Source of the DNA: an uncultured Candidatus Binatia bacterium
GTDB lineage: Bacteria; Desulfobacterota; Binatia; UBA9968; JAJDTQ01
DNA length: 64,000 nt
Reading direction: 5' to 3'
Assembly: GCA_965215605.1 (NCBI GenBank)
Contig: OZ244070.1
Span: 2,912,001-2,976,000 of the forward strand
Made by a program: the position numbers and the translations under genes. The notes beneath the pieces are model-generated. The model was not told the DNA's origin. It saw nothing but the letters and a program-made list of their open reading frames with translations, and did not search any database. This document shows, one piece after another, positions 18,157 to 27,940 of this stretch (the first letter of the stretch is position 1; every line of letters begins with the position of its first letter).

Positions 18157-19200
18157 CTACTTGTCCAGGCCGACGATCCTGCGCGCGCGGCTCACCACTT
18201 CCGGCGTCATTTGCTTCTTCATGTCGGCGATGAGCGACGTGAGGTGTTCGCCGCTCTTGGGGTTGATGTCCAGCCGTGCCCGCTTCGCGTCCTTCAGGAA
18301 ATCGGGATCCTTCATGGTTTCCTCGAACGCCTTGCGCAGAATCGCCACCCGGTCCTTGGGCGTCCCCGGGGGCAGCGCCCAGGGCCGCAGCATGGCGGCC
18401 GGCAGGAGCAGCACCTTCATGAAGGCCACGTCCGCCGGCTTGGTGATCCTCTCGTTCAGGAGCGGCACTTTTCGCGCCTCAAGCTCGGGGTGACGTTCCT
18501 CGCCGATGTAGGCGATGATCTTGATGGAGCCCTCTTCGAGCATGGACATGCCGGTGGATTTCACTGAATCCCAACTCCACCCGGTGAGGCCGTCCACTTC
18601 CTTCTGCAGCAGGCCGGCGCGCACCGGCGCGGTGCCCTTGTAGCCGGGGACGATCTTGGAAGTGTTGCCGAAGATGTCGTTCATGGCCAGCGGGATGCTG
18701 CAGGTGAGGCTGTTGCGCGCGGTGCAGCCGAAGATCAGCGGCTCGGTCTTGGGGTCGAGCCACTGGTCCATGGTCTGGATGGGCGCACCCGTGCGCGCCA
18801 CCACCGTGATCGGGCCGGTGTTGGCCAGCCCAAGCCAGATGAACTTGTTGACGTCATACCGGATGCCCGGAAAATTGAGGTACTGAGCCTGCGCGATGGT
18901 CCAGGTGGGGTGGACCAGGGCCAGGCCGTCCCGCTTCGTGATGTTGTAGACGTAGTTGCTGCCGATGAGGCCGCTGCCGCCGGGAATGTTGATGACGATG
19001 ACGTTGGGTTTGCCCGGGATGTGCTTTCCCAAGTGGCGCGCGAACAGCCGCGAGTAGGTGTCGTAGCCGCCCCCCGGGGAGCTCACCGAAACGATCTTGA
19101 CCGTCTTGCCCTCGTAGAATGACGCCGCTCCGGCAATGCTGCCGCCGGCGGCTGCCATCGCCGCCATGATGAAACTGATGAGTGCTACTCGCAGAAACAT
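18157..19200 (-). CDS. TctC/Bug tripartite tricarboxylate transporter binding protein
   Basis: Signal peptide; SPGGGYD, GYKG and PPGTPKDRV motifs. Confidence 0.88.
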   Translation of the reverse strand: MFLRVALISFIMAAMAAAGGSIAGAASFYEGKTVKIVSVSSPGGGYDTYSRLFARHLGKHIPGKPNVIVINIPGGSGLIGSNYVYNITKRDGLALVHPTWTIAQAQYLNFPGIRYDVNKFIWLGLANTGPITVVARTGAPIQTMDQWLDPKTEPLIFGCTARNSLTCSIPLAMNDIFGNTSKIVPGYKGTAPVRAGLLQKEVDGLTGWSWDSVKSTGMSMLEEGSIKIIAYIGEERHPELEARKVPLLNERITKPADVAFMKVLLLPAAMLRPWALPPGTPKDRVAILRKAFEETMKDPDFLKDAKRARLDINPKSGEHLTSLIADMKKQMTPEVVSRARRIVGLDK

Positions 19201-19247
19201 GTTGAGTCTCCCTCCTGTTGCTCAGATCCGATTGTTTATGGGACCGG

Positions 19248-20288
19248 TCACTTCTCCAGGCCGATGATCTTCCGGGCGCGGCTCAGCACCTCCGGGGTCA
19301 TCTGCGTCTTCATGTTGGCGATGAGGTCGGTCAGCCACTTGCCGCTCTTGGGGCTGATGTCCAGGCGGGTGCGCTTGGCGTCCTTCAGGAACGCGGGGTC
19401 CTTCAGCGTGGCTTGGAATGCCGTCTTCAGCATCCCCACCCGGTCGGCCGGGGTCCCCGGGGGCACGGCCCAGGGCCGCAGCATGGCGGCCGGCAGGAGC
19501 AGCACCTTCATGAAGGCCACGTCCGCGGGCTTGGTGATTCTCTCGTTCAGGAACGGTACCTTCCGGTCGTCCAGCTCCGGGTGACGGTCGAAGCCGATAT
19601 AGGCGATGATCTTGGCGTCACCGTCGTCGAGCATCGACATGCCGGTGGACTTCACCGAGTCCCAGCTCCACCCGGTAAGCCCGTCCACCTCGTTCTGCAG
19701 CAGCGCGGCGCGAATGCGCGCCGTCCCCACGTAGCCGGTCACGACCTCGGAGGTCTTGCCGAAGATGCCGTTCAGGGCCAAGGGGATACTGCAGGTGAGG
19801 CTGTTGAGCGACGTGCAGCCGAAGATCAGCGGCTTGGTCTTGGGATCGAGCCACTGGTCCATGGTCTGGATCGGCGAGTCCTTGCGCACCACCGCGGTGA
19901 TGGGGCCGCTGTTGGCCAGTCCCAGCCAGATCATCTTGGTGACGTCGTACTTGATGCCGGGAAAATTCAGGTACTGTGCCTGGGCCACGCCCCAACTCGG
20001 CTGGATCAGCGTGAGACCGTCCGGCTTGGTCACGTTGTAGACGTAGTTGGTGCCGATGAGGCCGCTGGCGCCGGGAATGTTGACGACGATGACCTTGGGC
20101 TTGCCCGGGATGTGCTTGCCCATGTGGCGCGCGAAGAGGCGGGAGTAGGTGTCGTAGCCGCCGCCCGGCGCGTGCACGGAAACGATCTTGACCGTCTTCT
20201 TCTCGTAGAACGACGCCGCGCCGGCCACGCTACCGAATGCCAGCAGCACCGCCGGAATGAGCCCGATCCATGCCATTCGTTGGAACAT
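19248..20288 (-). CDS. TctC/Bug binding protein, tandem paralog
   Basis: Same motifs; long identical stretches shared with 18157-19200. Confidence 0.88.
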   Translation of the reverse strand: MFQRMAWIGLIPAVLLAFGSVAGAASFYEKKTVKIVSVHAPGGGYDTYSRLFARHMGKHIPGKPKVIVVNIPGASGLIGTNYVYNVTKPDGLTLIQPSWGVAQAQYLNFPGIKYDVTKMIWLGLANSGPITAVVRKDSPIQTMDQWLDPKTKPLIFGCTSLNSLTCSIPLALNGIFGKTSEVVTGYVGTARIRAALLQNEVDGLTGWSWDSVKSTGMSMLDDGDAKIIAYIGFDRHPELDDRKVPFLNERITKPADVAFMKVLLLPAAMLRPWAVPPGTPADRVGMLKTAFQATLKDPAFLKDAKRTRLDISPKSGKWLTDLIANMKTQMTPEVLSRARKIIGLEK

Positions 20289-20460
20289 GTTTGTTCTCCT
20301 TGTTGGATAGACAGATCTCACCCGATTTACGGTGGCTACGATAGACCAGTCAGCGGGCCTTTTCAACAATGACAACCGTTGGGGAAACCGGCGCCGTCGC
20401 CCGCTTGTCGAACGCGGCCGCCCGTGATTCTATCAAGCCCTATCCAACCTGGGAGGCCAT

Positions 20461-21600
20461 GTGTCGAAACCGATCCTGCACGGCGTCAAGGTCCTGGACC
20501 TGAGCCACATGTACCCGGGCACTCTGTGCACGTGGCTGCTGGCGGCCTTGGGGGCGGAGATCCTCAAGGTGGAGGAGCCCGGGGCGGTGCGCTCGGGGGC
20601 GCCGTTTCTCAATCAGGGCAAGAAGAGCATCGCGCTGAACCTCAAGGCCGACGCGGGACGCGAGGTCCTGTACGCCTTGGCCAAGGCGTCGGACATCGTG
20701 GTGGAGGGTTTCCGGCCCGGAGTGGCGCGGCGGCTCAAGGTGGACTACGAGACGCTCCGCCGGTTGAATCCCCGGCTGGTCTACTGCTCGATATCCAGTT
20801 TCGGACAGACCGGCCCGTCGGTGGCGTACTCCGCCCACGACATCAACTTCCTGGCGCTGAGCGGCATGCTCGGCATCGGCCGGGAGGCCGGCCGGAGGCC
20901 GCTGCCGCCCGCGGCCCAGGTGGCGGACGTGGCCGGCGGCGGGTACCCGGCGCTGAGCGCGATCCTGGCCGCCTACATCGCGGTGCTGCGGGACGGGGAG
21001 GGCCGCTACCTGGACATCTCCATGTTCGACTGGACCCTGCTCATGGTGGCGCGCTACCTGATGCTCGAACCGGCGCCACGGAGGTCGCGGCCGGAGGTCA
21101 AGCGCGAGCACGCCACCCTGGCCGGAAGTGCCGCCTGCTACGACACCTACGAGGCTTCGGACGGCGGTTTCGTGTCACTGGCGGCCCTGGGTCCGCAACA
21201 GTGGCGGCTCCTGTGCAAGGCCCTGGGCCTGGAGCGCTTCGCCGATGCTGCTTTCGATCCGGTCGAGAGTCCGCGAATCAAGGCGGCCATGCGGCGTACC
21301 TTCAGGCGCCGGCCCCGGGACCACTGGGTGGAGCTTCTCCGGAACCGGTACGGCCTCTCCGCGGCGCCGGTGTACGAGCCCGAAGAGGTCTTGCAGGACC
21401 CCCACGTCCGCTTCCGCAAGACGCTGGCCCGCCGGAAGGACACCGGCGCCGTCGAGTTCACGCCGCCGTTCTGGTTCGCCGGGGCGCGGAAGCCCGGAGG
21501 ACGCATCAGCCGGGTGGGCCAGCACACCGGGGCGGTGCTCAAGGGACTCGGTTACACGGCCGCCGAGATCCGGGAGCTACGCAAGGCCAAGGCCGTCTAA
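20461..21600 (+). CDS. Class III CoA-transferase (AMACR-like)
   Basis: KVLDLS, NQGKKSIALNLK, EGFRPG, HDINF and VADVAGG motifs. Confidence 0.88.
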   Translation: MSKPILHGVKVLDLSHMYPGTLCTWLLAALGAEILKVEEPGAVRSGAPFLNQGKKSIALNLKADAGREVLYALAKASDIVVEGFRPGVARRLKVDYETLRRLNPRLVYCSISSFGQTGPSVAYSAHDINFLALSGMLGIGREAGRRPLPPAAQVADVAGGGYPALSAILAAYIAVLRDGEGRYLDISMFDWTLLMVARYLMLEPAPRRSRPEVKREHATLAGSAACYDTYEASDGGFVSLAALGPQQWRLLCKALGLERFADAAFDPVESPRIKAAMRRTFRRRPRDHWVELLRNRYGLSAAPVYEPEEVLQDPHVRFRKTLARRKDTGAVEFTPPFWFAGARKPGGRISRVGQHTGAVLKGLGYTAAEIRELRKAKAV

Positions 21601-21699
21601 TCGCGGTTGAACGCGGTTCCTGATAGGAGTAATTTTCCATAGCCCCTGTCGAGGAGGCCGTCGGGGCGCCGGTGCATGGGGCGCGGATGGAGGACACTG

Positions 21700-22821
21700 A
21701 TGTCAGACGTAAAACCGGGTCTGGAAGGGGTAGTGGCCGGCGAGACGGCCATCTGTTCGGTGCGTCCGGAGGGCGAACTGATCTACCGGGGCTACGACGT
21801 GCACGACCTGGCGGAGCAGGCGAGCTTCGAAGAGGTGGCCTACCTGGTGCTGTTCGGCAGGCTCCCCAACCGGGCCGAGCTGGAAGGGTTCGACGCGGAG
21901 CTTCGCTCCCACCGGGCGCTGCCGCCGGGGATGGTGGAAAGTCTGGAACTGCTCCCCTCGGATGCGGTGCCGATGGATGCGCTGCGTACGGCGGTGTCGG
22001 CGCTGGCGCTCTACGACCCGGACGCGGGCGACGATTCGCGTGACGCCAACCTGAGGAAGGCCACACGGCTGCTGGCGCGGCTGGCCACGGCGGTGGCGGC
22101 GCTGCACCGGCTCTCCCGGGGGCTGGAGGTGGTGGCGCCGGACCCGGAACTCAACCACGCGGCGAACTTTCTGTACATGCTGCGCGGGGAGCCGCCGGAG
22201 GAGTTCGAGGCCCGGGTGCTGGAGGTGACGCTGATCCTGTACATGGAGCACGAGTTCAACGCGTCCACCTTCACCGCCCGGGTCATCGCCTCCACGCTGT
22301 CGGACCTGTACGGCGCGGTGGTGGGCGCCATCGCGGCCCTCAAGGGCCCGCTCCACGGCGGCGCCAACGAGAAGGCCATGGACGTGATCCTGGAGATCGG
22401 AGAGCCCGGCCGGGCGGAGGCGTGGGTGGAGGAGAGCCTGCGGCAGAAGAAGCGCGTGATGGGCTTCGGCCACCGCATCTACAAGACCGCGGACTCCCGG
22501 GTGGAGGTGGCGAAGAAGTGGGGGGCGCTATTGGGCAAGCAGCTCGACGACACCCGGTTGAGCGACATCTGCATCACGGTGGAGGAGGTGATGCGCCGGG
22601 AGAAGAACCTCTGCCCCAACGTGGACTTCTATGCGGCCCCCATCTACCACATGATGAAGATTCCCATCAGTCTCAACACCCCCATCTTCGCCATGAGCCG
22701 GGTGGTAGGCTGGTCGGCGCACATCGTCGAGCAGATCGACAACAACCGCCTGTTCCGGCCCAATTCCCGGTACGTGGGCGCCGCCGGTCTCGAGTTCCAG
22801 CCGCTGGACCGCCGCGGCTGA
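21700..22821 (+). CDS. Citrate/2-methylcitrate synthase
   Basis: GLEGV, LIYRGY, EHEFNAST, GPLHGGAN, GFGHRIY and PNVDFY motifs. Confidence 0.92.
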   Translation: MSDVKPGLEGVVAGETAICSVRPEGELIYRGYDVHDLAEQASFEEVAYLVLFGRLPNRAELEGFDAELRSHRALPPGMVESLELLPSDAVPMDALRTAVSALALYDPDAGDDSRDANLRKATRLLARLATAVAALHRLSRGLEVVAPDPELNHAANFLYMLRGEPPEEFEARVLEVTLILYMEHEFNASTFTARVIASTLSDLYGAVVGAIAALKGPLHGGANEKAMDVILEIGEPGRAEAWVEESLRQKKRVMGFGHRIYKTADSRVEVAKKWGALLGKQLDDTRLSDICITVEEVMRREKNLCPNVDFYAAPIYHMMKIPISLNTPIFAMSRVVGWSAHIVEQIDNNRLFRPNSRYVGAAGLEFQPLDRRG

Positions 22822-22842
22822 GGGGTTGAACCAGTCGAGCCC

Positions 22843-25305
22843 ATGGCGGAGCCGCGAACCACGCCACAGGCGCTGGACGGCGTGAGGGTCCTGGAGCTGG
22901 CGGGGGCCGGCGGCGAGTACTGCGGCAAGCTCCTGGCGGATTTCGGCGCCGAGGTCATCAAGGTGGAGCCCCCCGGAGGCAGCCCTTCCCGGAGCGAGCC
23001 GCCGTTCAAGGACGACCGGCCGGGCGCGGACCGGAGCCTTTCCTTCCTCTACTTCAACGCCAACAAGAAAAGCGTCACCGCCGACCTCGGCACCGAGGCG
23101 GGCCGGGACCGTGTCCGGCGGCTGGCGCGGACCGCGGACGTGGTGGTGGAGAGCGCCGTGCCCGGTACGCTGGCGGCCATGGGGTTGGGTTACGCGGATC
23201 TGCGGGCGGCCAACCCGCGGCTGGTCCATGCGTCGGTCACGGCGTTCGGCCAGACCGGACCCTACAGCCGGTACCGCTGGTCCGGCTTGGTGGCGTTCGC
23301 CATGGGCGGGCTCATGTACGTGAGCGGCAAGCCGTCGGCGCCGCCGGTGAACGCGCCGGGGGCACAGGCGTTCCTGGTGGGTTCGGCCCACGCCGCGCTG
23401 GCGGTCCTCATGGCGCTGTGGCGCGTTCGCCATGGCGGCTCGGGACAGCACATCGACGTATCGATGATGGATTGCCTGGCGGCCATGGAGAACATGGTTT
23501 CGCGTTCCGCCTCTACCGGCGTACATCCCCGCCGGGACGGCACCCAGCACCGCTTCGCCACCCCCGGCACCATCTACCGCTGCCGGGACGGCTTCGTGCA
23601 CATCTTCGTCACCAACTCCCAACCCGGGGCCTGGAACCGGTTCGTGGACTGGCTGGGCCAGCCGGAGGCCCTGGCGGCCGACGCGTTCAACGACCCGGTC
23701 TACCGCCGCGCCCACGTGGCGGAAGTGGACCGGGTGGTTTCGACGGTGCTGGCCGGGCTGCCCAAGGAGAAGGTCTACGAGGAACTGCAGGCCCGCCACA
23801 TCCCCTGCGCTCCGGTGAACACGCCGCTGGAGTTCGTTCGTGACCGCCACATCGAATCCCGCGGTTTCGTCGTCGACACGGTGCACCCGCGCCTGGGTCC
23901 CATGGAGTTTCCCGGCCGGGCCTACAAGACCGGAAGCTGGCGGTTCCGGCACCACGCTCCGGAGTTGGGAGAGCACGATCGGGAGTTGCTCGGCGGCGGG
24001 GAGCCGGCGCCGGCTCATTCGCGTCGCGCCGAGCCGGCAGTCTCGGGCGCCGCCCCGGACGGGACGGAGCGGGCCGCGCATCCAGCCGGAAACGCCGCGG
24101 CACCGGGCGCGTTGCCCTTGGAAGGCATTCGCGTCGCCGACTTCACGCACATGGTCGCCGGGCCCTACGGCACCATGCAGCTTGCCTACTTCGGCGCCGA
24201 GGTGATCAAGATCGAATCCCGGGCGCGGCCCGACACCTGGCGCATCCGCGAGGGCAACAAGGACGTGGAGGCGTCGTTGCCGTTTGCCGACCACAACCGC
24301 AACAAGCTTTCGATCACCGCCAACCTCAAGACGGAAGAGGGCAGGGACGTGGCGCGCCGCATCATCGCCGAGAGCGACGTGGTGGTGGAGAACTTCAGCG
24401 TCGGGGTCATGGATCGTCTTGGCCTGGGCTACGAGGAGCTCAAGGCGCTGAAGCCCGACATCATCATGATCAGGCTACAGGGGCTCGGCACCACCGGCCC
24501 CCGGAAGAACTACGTGACCTGGGGCCCCAGCCTGATGCCGTTTTCTGGCATGACCTGGCTCTGGAACCACCCCGACGGCGGTGCGCCCGTGGGGTCGCAG
24601 ACCTCCTACCCCGACTACATCGTTTCCATTCACATGGCCTTCGTGCTGATGGCGGCGCTACATCACAAGGCCAACACGGGCGAGGGGCAGTTCATCGACA
24701 TCGCCCAAGGCGAGGTCACGGCATCGCTCATCGGGCCGGCGCTGCTGGACGGCTTGGTCAACGGACGCGCGGCGAAGCCCGTGGGGAACCGCGGCCACGC
24801 CGGCGCTCCCCACGGCTGTTACCCTTGCCGGGGCGACGACGCGTGGTGTGCCGTCTCGGTGGGCGACGACGAAGAATGGCGGCGTTTCCGCGCGGCCACG
24901 GGCAACCCGGCGTCGCTCGGGGACGAGCGGTTCGCCACGGCGGCGTCGCGTCTAGCCAACGCCGAGGCCCTGGACGCGGCGGTGTCCGAGTGGACGCGCG
25001 GGCACAGCCCGCGGGAGGTCATGGAGGCGCTCCAGGCGAACGGCGTAACCGCCGGGATGGTGTCCGACGGCACCACGCTCGTCACCGATCCGCACCTGCG
25101 CTCCCGCGGCTCCGTCGTCGAGCACGAGCATCCGCGCCAGGGCCGGCTCACGTTGCCGGGCATCGTCATGAAGCTCTCGGACACGCCCGGGGAGATCCGC
25201 CGCCACGCGCCGCTGCTGGGTCAGGACACCCACGCGGTCCTGAACGGACTGTTGGGACTGACCGAAAAGGAGATCCGCGGCCTGGAGGCCGCTGGGGCGT
25301 TCTGA
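22843..25305 (+). CDS. Fused tandem class III CoA-transferase (two domains)
   Basis: Two CaiB repeats joined by a Pro/Ala linker; Asp (YPDY) only in the C-terminal domain. Confidence 0.9.
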   Translation: MAEPRTTPQALDGVRVLELAGAGGEYCGKLLADFGAEVIKVEPPGGSPSRSEPPFKDDRPGADRSLSFLYFNANKKSVTADLGTEAGRDRVRRLARTADVVVESAVPGTLAAMGLGYADLRAANPRLVHASVTAFGQTGPYSRYRWSGLVAFAMGGLMYVSGKPSAPPVNAPGAQAFLVGSAHAALAVLMALWRVRHGGSGQHIDVSMMDCLAAMENMVSRSASTGVHPRRDGTQHRFATPGTIYRCRDGFVHIFVTNSQPGAWNRFVDWLGQPEALAADAFNDPVYRRAHVAEVDRVVSTVLAGLPKEKVYEELQARHIPCAPVNTPLEFVRDRHIESRGFVVDTVHPRLGPMEFPGRAYKTGSWRFRHHAPELGEHDRELLGGGEPAPAHSRRAEPAVSGAAPDGTERAAHPAGNAAAPGALPLEGIRVADFTHMVAGPYGTMQLAYFGAEVIKIESRARPDTWRIREGNKDVEASLPFADHNRNKLSITANLKTEEGRDVARRIIAESDVVVENFSVGVMDRLGLGYEELKALKPDIIMIRLQGLGTTGPRKNYVTWGPSLMPFSGMTWLWNHPDGGAPVGSQTSYPDYIVSIHMAFVLMAALHHKANTGEGQFIDIAQGEVTASLIGPALLDGLVNGRAAKPVGNRGHAGAPHGCYPCRGDDAWCAVSVGDDEEWRRFRAATGNPASLGDERFATAASRLANAEALDAAVSEWTRGHSPREVMEALQANGVTAGMVSDGTTLVTDPHLRSRGSVVEHEHPRQGRLTLPGIVMKLSDTPGEIRRHAPLLGQDTHAVLNGLLGLTEKEIRGLEAAGAF

Positions 25306-25366
25306 CGGGGTGTGGACGATTCCCGCCGGGCTGTTCTACCGGCAACGAAAGGAGTAAGGAAGAGAC

Positions 25367-26152
25367 ATGGACTACAAGGCCATCATGTTCGAGCGCAGGG
25401 ACGGCATCGCATACGTGACGTTGAACCGGCCGGAAGTGCTGAACGCCCGCAACCGCCGGATGCGCGAGGAGCTCATCGACGCGGTGACGGCGATCCGGTC
25501 GGACCCGGAGGTGCGGGTGGTGATCCTCACCGGCGCCGGGGAGCGGTCGTTCTCCGCGGGCCGGGACCTAAAGGAGGCGGCCCAGGAGAAAGTGGGCGTG
25601 GTGGCGGCCCGGCAGGCGAAGATGGAGATCGGCGACACCGAGATGATCGCCCGGCTCAACAAGCCGGTGATCGCGGCCATCAACGGCTTCGCCCTGGGCG
25701 GCGGCTGCGAGCTGGCGCTGGCCTGCGACATCCGGGTGGCGGTGGAAGGCGCCAAGGTAGGCCTGCCGGAGGTCTCCCGCGGCATGATCCCGGGCAGCGG
25801 CGGCACCCAGCGCCTGTCGCGGGTGGTGGGGCTCGGCAAGGCGCTGGAGCTGATCCTCACGGGCAGTGTGATCGACGCGGAGGAAGCCTGCCGCATCGGT
25901 CTGGTGAACAAGGTGGTTCCCCGCGACGGGCTCATGGCCGCGGCCGAGGAGTACGCCACGGCCATTGCCACCAAGGCGCCGGTGGCCGTCGTCTTCGCCA
26001 AGGAGGCGGTGCGCGAGGGCTACGAGATGTGGCTGGACGACGGGCTGCGCCTGGAGACCGACCTCTCGGCGCTGCTCCGTACCACCGAGGACGTCAAGGA
26101 AGGGGCCCGGGCCTTCGTGGAGAAGCGCGCGCCGCAGTGGCGCGGACAGTGA
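25367..26152 (+). CDS. Enoyl-CoA hydratase/isomerase
   Basis: LNRPE, FSAGRDL, GGGCEL, GLPE and GGTQRL motifs. Confidence 0.93.
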   Translation: MDYKAIMFERRDGIAYVTLNRPEVLNARNRRMREELIDAVTAIRSDPEVRVVILTGAGERSFSAGRDLKEAAQEKVGVVAARQAKMEIGDTEMIARLNKPVIAAINGFALGGGCELALACDIRVAVEGAKVGLPEVSRGMIPGSGGTQRLSRVVGLGKALELILTGSVIDAEEACRIGLVNKVVPRDGLMAAAEEYATAIATKAPVAVVFAKEAVREGYEMWLDDGLRLETDLSALLRTTEDVKEGARAFVEKRAPQWRGQ

Positions 26153-26182
26153 CCGCCTTTGGCCCTCAACGCGGGAGACGAC

Positions 26183-27928
26183 ATGGCTGAATACGGCTCC
26201 GACCTCATCGTGGACATGCTCAAGAGCCTGGGCATCAAGTACGCGGCCCTGAACCCCGGGGCGAGCTTTCGCGGCATCCACGACTCGCTGGTGAACTACA
26301 ACGGCAACAAGAACCCGGAGATGATCGTCTGCTGCCACGAGGAGATCGCCGTGGCCGTGGCCCACGGCTACGCCAAGGCCACCGGCGAGCCCATGGCCGC
26401 CATCGTTCACGACGTGGTGGGCCTCCAGCACGCCTCCATGGCCATCTACAACGCCTGGTGCGACAAGACGCCGGTGCTGGTGCTGGGCGGCACCGGGCCC
26501 ATGGACACCACCAAGCGGCGGCCCTGGATCGACTGGATCCACACCGCGCTGGTGCAGGGCAACTTCGTGCGCGACATCGTCAAGCTCGACGACCAGCCTA
26601 TGAGCCTGGGCGCCTTGCCCAACTCCATCCTGCGGGGCTACCGGGTGGCCATGACGGAGCCCAAGGGGCCCGTCTACCTGTGCTTCGACCTCGACCTGCA
26701 GGAGTCGCGGCTGCCGGAAGCCATGGCCCAGTCCATGCCGGCCCCGGACCGCTTCCGGCCGCCGGTGCCGCTCCAGGCCGAGCAGGGCGCCATCGAGGAG
26801 GCCGCGGAATGGCTGTGCCAGGCCCGGAACCCGCTCATCATCGCCGACTACCTGGGGCGGAATCCCCAATCCATGCTTTCGCTGGTGGAACTGGCTGAAG
26901 AGTTGGGGGCCCCGGTGGTGGACCGGGGCGCGCGCCACAACTTCCCCAACACCCATCCTCTGGACCTGAGCGGGAAAGAGAAGGAACTGGTGGCCGAGGC
27001 CGATGTCATCCTGGGCCTCGATGTCATGGACCTTTACGGCGCGCTGCACCGGCACGACGCCAGAACCCAGACCTCCGCGCCCGCGTTCCAGCCCGGCTGC
27101 AGGATCGTCAACGTGACGCTGGCGGACTTCGCCATCAAAAGCTGGTCCACCGAGTACATGGAGCTGTCGCCCGTGGACCTGCCGATCCTGGCCGACACCA
27201 GCGTTTTCGTGCCCGCCTTGACCGAAGCGGTGCGGCGACGGGGAGGACCCGAGCCATCCGTGAAGGACGACCGCTGCCGGACGCTGGAGCAACGCCACCG
27301 GGAAATCCGCGAGGAGAGCCAGGCCATGCTGCGGAAGCGCTGGGATGAGAGCCCCATCTCGCCGCCGCGCATGTCGCAGGAGATCTGGGAGGTCATCAAG
27401 GATGAGGACTGGACCTTGGTGGCGGGCTCCTTCCGCGGCTGGCCCCGGCGGCTCTGGAACTGGGAGAAACCCAACGCGTTCCTCGGCGGCTACGGCGGCG
27501 GCGGCCTCGGCTACGCGCCCGGCGCGTCCGTGGGCGCGGCCCTGGGACTCAAGGATACCGGTACCGTGTGCATCGACCTGCAGCGCGACGGCGACCTGCT
27601 GTTCACCAACAGCGCGCTGTGGACGGCTGCCAGCTACGACGTGCCGCTGCTCATGATCATGACCAACAACCGCACCTACTACAACGACGAGGAACACCAG
27701 GAGCGGGTGGCGGTGGCCCGCAGCCGCCCGGTGGAAAACAAGGGCATCGGCATGCGCATGGAAAAGCCGCCGGTGGACTTCGCCACCCTGGCCAAGTCCT
27801 TCGGGGTCTGGAGCGAAGGGCCCATAGAGGACCCGGCCGATATCCAGCCCGCGGTCAGACGGGCGCTGGCGGTGGTCAAGGAAGAGCGCAAGCCGGCGCT
27901 GCTGGACGTGATCATACAGGCGATCTAA
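26183..27928 (+). CDS. ThDP-binding enzyme (acetolactate synthase/decarboxylase superfamily)
   Basis: NPG, HEEIAV..AHGYAK and RDGD...NN (variant GDG motif). Confidence 0.88.
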   Translation: MAEYGSDLIVDMLKSLGIKYAALNPGASFRGIHDSLVNYNGNKNPEMIVCCHEEIAVAVAHGYAKATGEPMAAIVHDVVGLQHASMAIYNAWCDKTPVLVLGGTGPMDTTKRRPWIDWIHTALVQGNFVRDIVKLDDQPMSLGALPNSILRGYRVAMTEPKGPVYLCFDLDLQESRLPEAMAQSMPAPDRFRPPVPLQAEQGAIEEAAEWLCQARNPLIIADYLGRNPQSMLSLVELAEELGAPVVDRGARHNFPNTHPLDLSGKEKELVAEADVILGLDVMDLYGALHRHDARTQTSAPAFQPGCRIVNVTLADFAIKSWSTEYMELSPVDLPILADTSVFVPALTEAVRRRGGPEPSVKDDRCRTLEQRHREIREESQAMLRKRWDESPISPPRMSQEIWEVIKDEDWTLVAGSFRGWPRRLWNWEKPNAFLGGYGGGGLGYAPGASVGAALGLKDTGTVCIDLQRDGDLLFTNSALWTAASYDVPLLMIMTNNRTYYNDEEHQERVAVARSRPVENKGIGMRMEKPPVDFATLAKSFGVWSEGPIEDPADIQPAVRRALAVVKEERKPALLDVIIQAI

Positions 27929-27940
27929 GGAGGATTCGTC

